Below, piece by piece: positions 9,042-17,732 of a stretch of DNA of 20,402 bases (within the stretch, counting starts at the first letter, position 1; each line of letters begins with the position of its first letter). A program made the translations under genes and the position numbers. The DNA comes from a virus, in UHGV virus genome UHGV-0113240. One strand, given 5' to 3'. The notes beneath the pieces are model-generated. The model did not search any database and had not been told where the DNA came from. It saw nothing but the letters and a program-made list of their open reading frames with translations.

Positions 9042-9790
9042 TCTATTGCGCTCCAAAATTCATCACAATCACCTTTGCCTAGCGTAGTGCAGACAAAAGG
9101 TAAAAACTCATCATCTACTATCCACTCCTCTGGAATTTCGTCAAGGATAGCAGGAAGTTTGTGTAAACTGTCAACGACCCTCTGGCGGTACTCTACGCGA
9201 TCCACTAAATCATACTGCCATTTGCGGTTACCCGGGCCGTACACGTGTACAGAAAAATCTTCAGGCCCAGCATTCTGATCAAATGATAGATTATGGTCAA
9301 TCAGATAATACTTATCGTTACTGATGTCATAAAGGATATTGACGTTTCCGCCTTTATCAGTAAGCGTTCTGTCTGCATTTAATATCCACTTATCAAAAGC
9401 ATAGATTAATTTTTGCTGTTCGACTGGGATGATCATTTCGTTTCTTGACTGCGTAAACGTTAACGCGATTGCACCGTCTATGAACAATGAAGCAAAAGCA
9501 TACCCTGTACAAATTTGTTGCTGCAGATCAGGTGTGTACTCTACAAGTTCCTCTGGTACAAATACGATTTTAAAGTCAGGTAAAGGAAGGCCGATATCAT
9601 TAGCCAGGCACGCCGAAATGAACTCAGCTAAGAGATTTTTCGGGGGCATTGATGGTTTAGATTTCAAAACATACAACTGCCCATCATCACATTTGCAAAG
9701 AAATGGCTGAGTGGAACCTTCATTGATGCGACGTATTACTTCAACGACATTAGGTATTGCACTACTGCTGCTTGCTTCGCGCTCCATCAC
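9038..9790 (-). CDS. atypical HipA / PI-kinase-like kinase-domain protein
   Basis: 250-aa ORF with LYVLK (candidate beta3 Lys), WILNADRTLTDKGGNVNIL (DRxxxxxxN-type catalytic loop) and YYLIDHNLSFD (DFG-like) motifs; directly downstream of cI. Confidence 0.5.
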   Translation of the reverse strand: MMEREASSSSAIPNVVEVIRRINEGSTQPFLCKCDDGQLYVLKSKPSMPPKNLLAEFISACLANDIGLPLPDFKIVFVPEELVEYTPDLQQQICTGYAFASLFIDGAIALTFTQSRNEMIIPVEQQKLIYAFDKWILNADRTLTDKGGNVNILYDISNDKYYLIDHNLSFDQNAGPEDFSVHVYGPGNRKWQYDLVDRVEYRQRVVDSLHKLPAILDEIPEEWIVDDEFLPFVCTTLGKGDCDEFWSAIE

Positions 9791-9925
9791 TAACCCTTAC
9801 GTGATTCAAGTCTTCCACCTCATTACTCCGCATCTCAAAGAGCGGTTCTACACAGCGTGTTTAAAGAAAAACAACAGGCTTCATTGCTGTAGCTGTTTTT
9901 CCGTAATGTCACTTTTGGTCTCGTT

Positions 9926-10618
9926 TTAACCATGCTTCCTGTACGTCTGAGGCATGCTCCCGATGACCTTACCGAAGATGAATACACGGTTCATCTCGTC
10001 TTTCTCGATTGGGTCCCATGGTGAATAGCTCTTGTTGTCAGAGATAACCAGCAGCTTATCCTTCATCATTTGAAGGCGCTTAACATGGGCCGTATCGTCG
10101 TAAAGGAACGCATAAATCCCGTCGCCGTCGAAAGATTTGATGGCGATATCGACGAACAGCAAGTCACCCGGTTCGATCGTTCCTGACATGCTGTCACCGC
10201 GTACGTTAATGATGCGGATATTTTCTGCCTTCCTGCCATCGAACATGTGACGAGCATCGTCAAACGAGTACTCAACAGAGCGCAGGACTTCTACAAACTC
10301 ACGGTTGATGACACCCGGCCCAGCACTGACTTCTATATCAAGAACGTCAATCTTGAAGTATTTGGAATGGTTGACAGTAGGCTTCCCTGATTGTTGACCG
10401 TCATTTCTCATCGGGCCTATGCCTGATGAGAGCCACTCTGTTCGAACACCCAATGCATTAGCTATTTCAACAATTTTTGTTGAGCCGCGCGCGTTGCCGC
10501 TTGTCAGTCTCCAGATTGTGGGTTGAGCTACGCCAGACGCCTTTGCAAGAGCGCCTTGAGACATTCCAGATTGTTCCATCGCTAGGTTTAAGCGATCAGC
10601 AAGAGTTTCTTTTTTCAT
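9926..10618 (-). CDS. cI: CI-type prophage repressor (HTH + S24 LexA-like autopeptidase domain)
   Basis: N-terminal HTH (SQGALAKASGVAQPTIWRL), C-terminal GDSMSGT Ser and KRL Lys of the S24 dyad; divergent from cro; start taken at ATG 10618 (tracked ORF starts at TTG 10654). Confidence 0.85.
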   Translation of the reverse strand: MKKETLADRLNLAMEQSGMSQGALAKASGVAQPTIWRLTSGNARGSTKIVEIANALGVRTEWLSSGIGPMRNDGQQSGKPTVNHSKYFKIDVLDIEVSAGPGVINREFVEVLRSVEYSFDDARHMFDGRKAENIRIINVRGDSMSGTIEPGDLLFVDIAIKSFDGDGIYAFLYDDTAHVKRLQMMKDKLLVISDNKSYSPWDPIEKDEMNRVFIFGKVIGSMPQTYRKHG

Positions 10619-10725
10619 AAGTTTTAATTTATACGCTTGCGTATTGATGGTCAAAACACGTTTTGCTATTGCTATGGTTAATACGCATTGCTATTATTTG
10701 TTTGTTGCAATACCAATAGGAATTA
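10619..10725. promoter_or_regulatory. OR-like operator region with divergent promoters
   Basis: 107-bp cI-cro intergenic region containing TTGCTATTGCTATGG, ATTGCTATTATT, CAATACCAATAGG and the palindrome ATACGCttGCGTAT. Confidence 0.5.
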
Positions 10726-10956
10726 ATGATGACAAATCAAACCATTCAACTCGCAATCAGTATTACAGGTAGTCAAAAACGACTGGCAGATCTATGCGGT
10801 GTAGCCCAGCCCACTGTTTGGCGTTGGCTACACGGTGGCGGAATTGATGCCCGCTATGTAATGAAAATTGTCTCAGCCACTGGTGGAAAGATTAAGCCAG
10901 CAGATATTCGTCCCGACCTCGCACCATTGTTTAACGCGAGTAATTCTGCCGCCTAA
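10726..10956 (+). CDS. cro: Cro-like HTH repressor
   Basis: 76-aa ORF divergent from cI; HTH QKRLADLCGVAQPTVWRW. Confidence 0.8.
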   Translation: MMTNQTIQLAISITGSQKRLADLCGVAQPTVWRWLHGGGIDARYVMKIVSATGGKIKPADIRPDLAPLFNASNSAA

Positions 10957-10980
10957 TCTGCGGCGTTAACTGATAAGGCA

Positions 10981-11526
10981 ATGATTATGCAACCACTTAC
11001 ATACCAACAGACTAGCGGATTTAGCCCGACTGCGGTGATAAATCGTTCTCAAACAAAACAAGCTCCAGGCCACGAAAAAATCCGTGATGCCGTCCGCGCC
11101 TGGTCGGCTGTAGATAATCAGGATGTCGTTGCCGCACTCATTGTGAATGAGTATCGGGAGCAGGGCGGCGGCACCATCGATTTCCCTGATGATGTCAGCC
11201 GTGCACGCCAGAAGCTGTTCCGCTTCCTCGATAACAAATTCGATTCTGAAAAATACCGAAATAACGTGCGTGAACTGACCCCGGCAATTCTGGCGGTACT
11301 ACCGCTGGAATATCGCGGTTACCTGGTTGAGCAGGATAGCTTCATGGCTAGGTTGGCTGAAATGGAAAAGGAACTCAGTGAGGCAAAACAGGCTGTCATT
11401 CTCAACGCACCACGCCACCAGAAACTGAAGGAAATTAGTGAAGGTATTGTGTCGATGTTTCGTGTGGACCCAGATCTGGCTGGTCCATTGATGGCGATGG
11501 TTACTACCATGCTGGGGGCGATATGA
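10981..11526 (+). CDS. YdaT/CII-like regulatory protein
   Basis: 181-aa ORF in the cII position between cro and O; recalled resemblance to Rac YdaT-family proteins (NEYREQGGG segment). Confidence 0.45.
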   Translation: MIMQPLTYQQTSGFSPTAVINRSQTKQAPGHEKIRDAVRAWSAVDNQDVVAALIVNEYREQGGGTIDFPDDVSRARQKLFRFLDNKFDSEKYRNNVRELTPAILAVLPLEYRGYLVEQDSFMARLAEMEKELSEAKQAVILNAPRHQKLKEISEGIVSMFRVDPDLAGPLMAMVTTMLGAI

Positions 11527-11612
11527 CAGGTTCAGAAATGGCGAAAGCCGGTCTGCTGGAACAGAACCGACTTTCAGGTGCAAATCGTAACACACTCATT
11601 GCGGGAGGAATT

Positions 11613-12542
11613 ATGGCAAACACTGCTGAGATATTCAATTTTCCAGTGCCGGATGCGGCACAAAAGGAGCCGCGCGTGGCAGATCTCGATGATGGTTATA
11701 CGCGCATTGCAAATGAGTTGCTGGAAGCTGTGATGCTGGCCGGATTAACACAGCACCAGCTTCTGGTCTTCCTAGCTGTCATGCGCAAAACATATGGCTT
11801 TAATAAAAAACTGGATTGGGTGAGCAACGAGCAACTGTCCGAATTGACCGGGATATTGCCGCACAAGTGTTCTGCTGCAAAAAGCGTTCTGGTAAAGCGT
11901 GGGATTCTTATTCAGAGCGGGCGGAATATCGGCATTAATAATGTGGTCAGTGAATGGTCAACATTACCCGAATCAGGTAAGAAAAATAAAGTTTACCTGA
12001 AAGAGGTAAATTTACCTGAATCAGGTAAGAAAAGTTTACCCAAATCAGGTAAAGGCACTTACCCGAATCAGGTAAACACAAAAGACAAACTAACAAAAGA
12101 CAATATAAAACCTTTTTCGTCCGAGAATTCTGACGAATCCTCTGACCAGCCAGAAAATGCCCTTCCTGTGGTGAAACCGGATGCTGCGATTCAGAGCGGC
12201 AGCAAGTGGGGGACAGCAGAAGACCTGACCGCCGCAGAGTGGATGTTTGACATGGTGAAGACCATCGCGCCATCAGCCAGAAAACCGAATTTTGCAGGGT
12301 GGGCTAACGATATCCGCCTGATGCGTGAACGTGACGGACGTAACCACCGCGACATGTGCGTGCTGTTCCGCTGGGCATGCCAGGACAACTTCTGGTCCGG
12401 TAACGTGCTAAGTCCGGCCAAACTCCGCGACAAGTGGACCCAACTCGAAATCAACCGTAACAAGCAACAGGCTGGCGTGACAGCCGGAAAATCAAAACTC
12501 GACCTGACGAACACTGACTGGATTTACGGGGTGGAGCTATGA
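11613..12542 (+). CDS. O: replication initiator O (start at ATG 11613 after GGGAGGAA; tracked ORF begins 11523)
   Basis: N-terminus MANTAEIFNF...VADLDDGYTRIANELLEA...LLVFLAVMRKTYGFNK matches the lambda O DNA-binding domain; iterons inside the gene; stop overlaps the P start. Confidence 0.85.
   Translation: MANTAEIFNFPVPDAAQKEPRVADLDDGYTRIANELLEAVMLAGLTQHQLLVFLAVMRKTYGFNKKLDWVSNEQLSELTGILPHKCSAAKSVLVKRGILIQSGRNIGINNVVSEWSTLPESGKKNKVYLKEVNLPESGKKSLPKSGKGTYPNQVNTKDKLTKDNIKPFSSENSDESSDQPENALPVVKPDAAIQSGSKWGTAEDLTAAEWMFDMVKTIAPSARKPNFAGWANDIRLMRERDGRNHRDMCVLFRWACQDNFWSGNVLSPAKLRDKWTQLEINRNKQQAGVTAGKSKLDLTNTDWIYGVEL
11968..12077. repeat. origin-of-replication iterons inside O, followed by an A-rich tract
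   Basis: Four copies of ttaCCnGAATCAGGTAAg plus one degenerate copy at about 24-bp spacing, then ACACAAAAGACAAACTAACAAAAGACAATATAAAAC. Confidence 0.75.
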
Positions 12543-13228
12543 AAAACATCGCCGCACAGATAGTTAATTTTGACCGTGAGCAGATGCGCCGGATCGCCAA
12601 TAACATGCCGGAACAGTACGACGAAAAGCCGCAGGTACAGCAGGTAGCGCAGATTATCAATGGTGTGTTCCGCCAGTTACTGGCAACTTTCCCGGCGAGC
12701 GTGGCTAACCGGGACCAGAACGAACTGAACGAAATCCGCCGCCAGTGGGTTCTGGCTTTCCGGGAAAACGGGATCACCACAATGGAACAGGTTAACGCTG
12801 GAATGCGCGTAGCCCGTCGGCAGAATCGACCATTCCTGCCATCACCCGGGCAGTTTGTCGCCTGGTGCCGGGAAGAAGCATCCGTTACCGCCGGGCTGCC
12901 AAACGCCAGCGAGCTGGTTGATATGGTTTACGAGTATTGCCGGAAGCGCGGGCTGTATCCGGATGCAGAGTCTTATCCGTGGAAATCAAACGCGCACTAC
13001 TGGCTGGTTACCAACCTGTATCAGAACATGCGGGCCAATGCGTTGACTGACGCGGAATTACGGCGCAAGGCTGCCGATGAACTGTCCTGTATGACCGCAC
13101 GAATTAACCGTGGTGAGGCTATACCTGAACCAGTAAAACAACTTCCTGTCATGGGCGGTAGACCTCTAAATCGTGCACAGGCTCTGGCGAAGATCGCAGA
13201 AATCAAAGCTAAGTTTGGGCTGAAATGA
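12539..13228 (+). CDS. P: replication protein P (DnaB helicase loader)
   Basis: 229-aa protein recalled as near-identical to lambda P (MKNIAAQ.VNFDREQMRRIANNMPEQYDEKPQVQQ...). Confidence 0.95.
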   Translation: MKNIAAQIVNFDREQMRRIANNMPEQYDEKPQVQQVAQIINGVFRQLLATFPASVANRDQNELNEIRRQWVLAFRENGITTMEQVNAGMRVARRQNRPFLPSPGQFVAWCREEASVTAGLPNASELVDMVYEYCRKRGLYPDAESYPWKSNAHYWLVTNLYQNMRANALTDAELRRKAADELSCMTARINRGEAIPEPVKQLPVMGGRPLNRAQALAKIAEIKAKFGLK

Positions 13229-13530
13229 GCAAGGGTATGACGGGCAAAGAGGCAATTATTCATTACCTGGGGACTCATAAGAAATTCTGTGCGCAGGACG
13301 TTGCCGCGGTAACAGGCGCAACGGTAACCAGCATAAATCAGGCTGCGGCTAAAATGGCGCGGGCAGGAATCCTGGTCGTTGATGGTAAGGTCTGGCGAAC
13401 GGTGTATTATCGGTTCGCTACCAGAGAAGAACGGGAAGGAAAGGTGAGCACGAATTTGATTTTTAAGGAGTGTCGCCAGAGTGCCGCGATGAAGCGGGTG
13501 TTGGCGGTATATGGGAGGACTACAGCATAA
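13225..13530 (+). CDS. ren: Ren protein (start may be the internal ATG at 13237)
   Basis: Sequence MTGKEAIIHYLGTH...VTGATVTSINQAAAKMARAG...VYYRFATREEREGK matches lambda Ren; immediately follows P. Confidence 0.85.
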   Translation: MSKGMTGKEAIIHYLGTHKKFCAQDVAAVTGATVTSINQAAAKMARAGILVVDGKVWRTVYYRFATREEREGKVSTNLIFKECRQSAAMKRVLAVYGRTTA

Positions 13531-14007
13531 GCATAACTTATGGATTATATGGAAAACTGGTAATTATGCTCTTTTCTTATGAAAATAAAGAGAAGTTTTC
13601 GCTGGCGTTTTATTTCTTCTGTTTTTTCTTGCGGGTTATTCTGATTTGTTTTGATTTGATTTTTTCTGACAAAAGTAGGGAAAAAATATGTCGCAAGTAC
13701 TTTCTGTCTTTACCTCCTAAATTACATTCTCTATCAAATGTTGCCATAGTTATGACCCCAGTTTTATATAGTGTTTCAGCAATTTTTCTGTAGTTTTTTT
13801 CTCGCAAAATTGAAGAGTTTTTCTTTGCTGTATTTTCAAGGCTATCTCCTTGTGGTTTAAGACTATTTGGGCCAAAAAACGTTGTGGATACTGCTGCACT
13901 TGTTGTCCGTTTTTTTTGGCCCATTTGGATAGTACTTGGGAGAGGCATGATTTTAATACGCATATAAATAACTCCTCTATCAATTGGATTTTGGGAAAAT
14001 GTTAACA

Positions 14008-14325
14008 TTAATCATGATTAAGGAGTAATTTTAAATCTTCCAATAAAATTTGTTTAAACTCTTGTGTTCTATGATCGATATACAACGCAAGTTTGCTTGC
14101 ATTATCTTCCAGGTCACGTATCTCTCTGTCACCTCGAATAAACCCAACTAAATTTAAACGTTTAGATAGTTCAGAACTTCCTTCTATGGCATCTTGGAGT
14201 ATTTGAATGATTTCTGAATTCATTGAGCGCCCGTTTCGTTTGGCTCGTTCAGCTATAGCTTCACGCATCCCATCAGGGAAACGGAGGTTAAACTTATCGT
14301 AGTCTTTTACTTGTTTGTCAGCCAT
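14008..14325 (-). CDS. Mnt/Arc-family ribbon-helix-helix repressor (start at ATG 14325)
   Basis: 105-aa ORF MADKQVKDYDKFNLRFPDGMREAIAERAKRNGRSMNSEIIQILQDAI with an RHH N-terminus; GGGGG SD; divergent from a second RHH gene. Confidence 0.6.
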   Translation of the reverse strand: MADKQVKDYDKFNLRFPDGMREAIAERAKRNGRSMNSEIIQILQDAIEGSSELSKRLNLVGFIRGDREIRDLEDNASKLALYIDHRTQEFKQILLEDLKLLLNHD

Positions 14326-14345
14326 TGAACCCCCCAAAAAAATGA

Positions 14346-14401
14346 ATGGTGCCATATTGCCACATCAATTCAATGGTGGCATTATGGCCTCATGGTGTCA
14401 T
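14346..14401. promoter_or_regulatory. candidate operator: three direct repeats of ATGGTGNCAT between the divergent RHH genes
   Basis: ATGGTGCCAT (14346), ATGGTGGCAT (14373), ATGGTGTCAT (14392) at 27- and 19-bp spacing. Confidence 0.4.
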
Positions 14402-14424
14402 TGTGGCCTCATGAGGTTATGTCA

Positions 14425-14583
14425 ATGGAAAAGAAAGAGGTAAAAATTACCCTTCGCTATCCGCAAAAAGTGAAGGATGAATTCAAGCGAATTGCTCAGG
14501 AGGAAGGGATGTCTGAGAACGCAGCTATTGTTCAGGCGCTTGTATGGGCATTGAAATTTAGAACACGGATACATGCTCGCTAG
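14425..14583 (+). CDS. Arc-like ribbon-helix-helix repressor (52 aa; start at ATG 14425)
   Basis: MEKKEVKITLRYPQKVKDEFKRIAQEEGMSENAAIVQALV has the RHH pattern and P22 Arc-like size; GAGG 8 nt upstream; directly precedes an antirepressor-like gene. Confidence 0.55.
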   Translation: MEKKEVKITLRYPQKVKDEFKRIAQEEGMSENAAIVQALVWALKFRTRIHAR

Positions 14584-14653
14584 AAACAGCGAAGCCCCAC
14601 TGGCGGCAACCTTAGGGGCTTCTATCGAAAATAACCGCGAAGGAAATATCGAC

Positions 14654-15322
14654 ATGAGTATTGTAGCAACATCAGATCTGAACTTCCAAGGTGAAGCACT
14701 AGTGCCAGTGGCAAATATTGCCGGAATATGGCTAACTTCATCCAACCTAGCAAGAGCACTGAAGTATTCGAATAGTCGCGCAGTCACGATGATTTACAAC
14801 AAATATGCTGACGAATTTTCCAGTAGTATGACTAGAGTGCTTGAAGTCAGTACCTTAGAGAATGATGTCGAGGTACTTGATCTGAGTACCTCGAAAAGTA
14901 CTCGAAACTTGAAGAAGAAAGTACGCGTTTTCTCTCTCCGCGGAGCCCATTTGATCGCCATGTTCGCCCGCACTCCTGTAGCCAAAGAGTTCCGCCGTTG
15001 GGTTCTGGATATTCTCGATCGAGAAGTTCAACAATCCCCAATCATAAAACAATTCACTGATAACGAACTTTGCACACTTGCTTGGTTGTGGCGAGCTGGG
15101 GATGCGATGTTAACCGCCTGCCAGAACGTTACTCCTCTTCTTCAGGTTGCGGAGCATCGTGAAGCTGGTCGCTTCACTTCTATCGAGCAAGAATATCCCC
15201 AGATACTCAATAAGGCACAGGCAATCCTTGCCAGAGAAACGGCACATGTAAAATTCCGGCCGTGGCAGGATGATAAGTGGAGTCGAGTTTTGCCGCATTT
15301 ACGTTCGGATCGATTACAGTAG
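14654..15322 (+). CDS. Bro-N domain antirepressor-like protein (start at ATG 14654 after AAGGAA)
   Basis: RVFSLRGAHLIAMFARTPVAKEFRRWVLDIL matches the conserved Bro-N/antirepressor N-domain signature; follows the arc-like gene as in P22 immI. Confidence 0.6.
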   Translation: MSIVATSDLNFQGEALVPVANIAGIWLTSSNLARALKYSNSRAVTMIYNKYADEFSSSMTRVLEVSTLENDVEVLDLSTSKSTRNLKKKVRVFSLRGAHLIAMFARTPVAKEFRRWVLDILDREVQQSPIIKQFTDNELCTLAWLWRAGDAMLTACQNVTPLLQVAEHREAGRFTSIEQEYPQILNKAQAILARETAHVKFRPWQDDKWSRVLPHLRSDRLQ

Positions 15323-15783
15323 ATTCCAATTAACAATGAGAAACACATAGCCACCCCGTGGTATTGAAACCATATAATGTTGGATTTGAAAACAGATCTT
15401 TTTCCATGTATTAATAACTACATCCCCGCGAGTGATTCAAAAAGGAGGGCCCAATTTTGTCCGAGTTTTTGTATTCCCCCGCATGCCGCTGCGGAGCACT
15501 ACATCTGAGTGTCTGACTAGGGGATAAAATTAGACTGGATAGTGAGAAGAAAGTGGCGTGCTAGGCTGTGCCGAGTGCTACCAGTACACCCTGGGGGTGT
15601 GCAGCTTTCGCCGAGACTGTAGTGGGTATCGGTTAATGCACGAAAAACCGAGAGGTCAGACAACCAATTTGCCGTAGGATTGTTTCCGGTGCGATACCGG
15701 TGTACTAACTGAAAGCAATGCGAAAAAGCATAAACTCGGTCCTTCAGTCGCCCTACACACTATTTACTAAGAAGGGCTAAAGC

Positions 15784-16140
15784 ATGGATACAATTATCAC
15801 ATGGATGGGAGATCGTCTGTTGGGGTGGATAACAAACAAATCCGATCTGCGGCAGAGGGCAATCACTGGATTAACTCCTGCGATTTGTTCAACAATTTTA
15901 TATACTGAAAAATTAAAACGTGGTGAGCCTAATAACCCAAACGAAGAAGAAAAACTTTATAGGCTTTGGTATGAAGCGTCTTCCCAAGTCGTAGACTTTG
16001 ATCGAGAGCTGGCTAAAAGATGTTTAGATAAATCAGAATATTGGCTTCATTCTGAATTATATAGCCCTGAGAAAGTTGAAGAGCTAAACATTTCTTTGGT
16101 TGGTATGAAGGCAATGCTTGAAGGAATAAAGCACAATTAA
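15784..16140 (+). CDS. hypothetical protein (orphan, no recognised family)
   Basis: 118-aa ORF with AAGAAGGG SD; preceded by about 460 bp without any tracked ORF. Confidence 0.4.
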   Translation: MDTIITWMGDRLLGWITNKSDLRQRAITGLTPAICSTILYTEKLKRGEPNNPNEEEKLYRLWYEASSQVVDFDRELAKRCLDKSEYWLHSELYSPEKVEELNISLVGMKAMLEGIKHN

Positions 16141-16327
16141 AACCTTTGATTTGCGATAATCAACTCGCCATAATCATGTCATCGGAGCCTGAACAACTCC
16201 GGTGACTTCTGCGCTAAACGGGGACGTTTATGCGCACACACAATCCAAACTCTCTTCTCCCTCCGCAGATGCAGAAATGCACCTGCGATATATTGTATCC
16301 AGCGTTTCACCTCTACGGAGGTGAAGC

Positions 16328-16783
16328 GTGAACCTCCCACAAGATGGTATCAAATTGCATCGCGGTAACTTCACCGCTATCGGTCGGCAGATCCAGCCTT
16401 ATCTGGAGGACGGCAAATGCTTTCGCATGGTGCTTAAACCGTGGCGCGAGAGACGCAGTCTTTCCCAGAATGCACTCAGCCACATGTGGTACAGCGAAAT
16501 CAGTGAATACCTCATCAGCAAGGGTAAAACGTTCGCCACTCCAGCTTGGGTAAAAGATGCTCTCAAACACACATATCTCGGTTATGAAACCAAAGACCTG
16601 GTTGATGTCGTAACCGGTGATATCACCACTATCCAGTCGTTACGCCATACCTCCGATCTTGATACCGGAGAGATGTATGTCTTCCTCTGTAAGGTTGAAG
16701 CCTGGGCGATGAATATTGGCTGCCACCTGACTATTCCGCAGAGCTGCGAGTTCCAGCAGCTCCGCGACAAGCAGGAGGCGTAA
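16328..16783 (+). CDS. ybcN: YbcN-like protein (DLP12-type nin region)
   Basis: 151-aa ORF, GTG start 4 nt after GGAGGTGA; recalled near-identity to E. coli DLP12 YbcN. Confidence 0.75.
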   Translation: MNLPQDGIKLHRGNFTAIGRQIQPYLEDGKCFRMVLKPWRERRSLSQNALSHMWYSEISEYLISKGKTFATPAWVKDALKHTYLGYETKDLVDVVTGDITTIQSLRHTSDLDTGEMYVFLCKVEAWAMNIGCHLTIPQSCEFQQLRDKQEA

Positions 16784-16953
16784 TGGCTACACCGCTTATT
16801 CGTGTCATGAACGGACACATCTACAGAGTACCAAATCGTCGTAAGCGTAAACCTGAGCTGAAGCCTTCCGAAATACCAACACTGCTCGGATATACCGCCA
16901 GCCTGGTTGATAAAAAATGGTTGCGACTGGCAGCAAGGAGGAATCATGGCTGA
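16783..16953 (+). CDS. ninE: NinE-like protein (not in ORF track, 56 aa)
   Basis: ATG overlaps the ybcN stop (TAATG); [56 protein letters not shown] resembles lambda/DLP12 NinE. Confidence 0.65.
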   Translation: MATPLIRVMNGHIYRVPNRRKRKPELKPSEIPTLLGYTASLVDKKWLRLAARRNHG

Positions 16954-17236
16954 TTTGAGAAAAGCAGCGCGTGGTCGGGAATGCCAGGTAAGAATCCCTG
17001 GCGTATGTAATGGCAACCCTGAAACGTCTGTACTGGCACATATCCGGCTGGCTGGATTGTGCGGCACCGGTATTAAACCGCCAGACCTGATTGCCACCAT
17101 TGCATGTTCTGCCTGTCACGATGAGATCGACCGTCGCACGAATTTTGTTAACGCTGGATATGCAAAAGAATGCGCGCTGGAAGGTATGGCGAGAACGCAG
17201 GTTATCTGGCTGAAAGAGGGGGTAATTAAGGCGTGA
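16946..17236 (+). CDS. ybcO: YbcO-like (DUF1364) protein
   Basis: 96-aa ORF from internal ATG ([28 protein letters not shown]...); recalled near-identity to DLP12 YbcO; overlaps ninE end and rusA start. Confidence 0.75.
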   Translation: MADLRKAARGRECQVRIPGVCNGNPETSVLAHIRLAGLCGTGIKPPDLIATIACSACHDEIDRRTNFVNAGYAKECALEGMARTQVIWLKEGVIKA

Positions 17237-17595
17237 ATACTTACCACATCACACTACCCTGGCCGCCGAGCAATAACCGCTACTACCGCCATAATCGCGG
17301 GCGCACACACATCAGCGCAGAAGGGCAGGCATACCGCGATAACGTCACCCGAATCATTAAAAACGCAATGCTGGATATCGGCCTGGCTATGCCAGTGAAA
17401 ATCCGTATTGAGTGCCACATGCCGGATCGCCGTCGCCGTGACCTGGATAATCTGCAAAAAGCCGCTTTTGACGCACTCACCAAAGCAGGTTTCTGGCTGG
17501 ATGATGCTCAGGTCGTTGATTACCGCGTTGTGAAGATGCCTGTTACCAAAGGTGGGAGGCTGGAACTGACCATCACCGAAATGGGGAATGAATGA
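17233..17595 (+). CDS. rusA: Holliday-junction resolvase RusA
   Basis: 120-aa protein [25 protein letters not shown]... recalled as near-identical to E. coli RusA. Confidence 0.9.
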   Translation: MNTYHITLPWPPSNNRYYRHNRGRTHISAEGQAYRDNVTRIIKNAMLDIGLAMPVKIRIECHMPDRRRRDLDNLQKAAFDALTKAGFWLDDAQVVDYRVVKMPVTKGGRLELTITEMGNE

Positions 17596-17732
17596 TGTTT
17601 GAGTTTTATATGGCAGAACTTCTTCGCCACCGCTGGGGGCGTCTGCGCTTATATCGTTTCCCCGGTTCTGTTTTGACCGATTACCGGATACTGAAGAATT
17701 ACGCCAAAACACTGAAAGGAGCTGCCGCATGA
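17592..17732 (+). CDS. ylcG: YlcG-like small protein (not in ORF track, 46 aa)
   Basis: [46 protein letters not shown]; ATGA overlaps with rusA stop and with the next gene's start. Confidence 0.6.
   Translation: MMFEFYMAELLRHRWGRLRLYRFPGSVLTDYRILKNYAKTLKGAAA

Noticed and set aside
11523-11612. N-terminal extension of the O reading frame (tracked ORF starts at 11523)
   Set aside because: The ATG at 11613 has a strong GGGAGGAA SD and begins the sequence aligning with the lambda O N-terminus; the upstream extension has no counterpart.
11947-12514. Minus-strand ORFs 11947..12273 and 12191..12514; also considered whether the repeats at 11968..12077 were a CRISPR array
   Set aside because: Antisense to O; the repeats are short (about 18 bp), imperfect, lie inside the O gene and are followed by an A-rich tract, so they are origin iterons, not CRISPR.
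16582-17100. 172-aa minus-strand ORF (and 16805..17119)
   Set aside because: Antisense to ybcN, ninE and ybcO; W/C/R-rich composition typical of a spurious frame.
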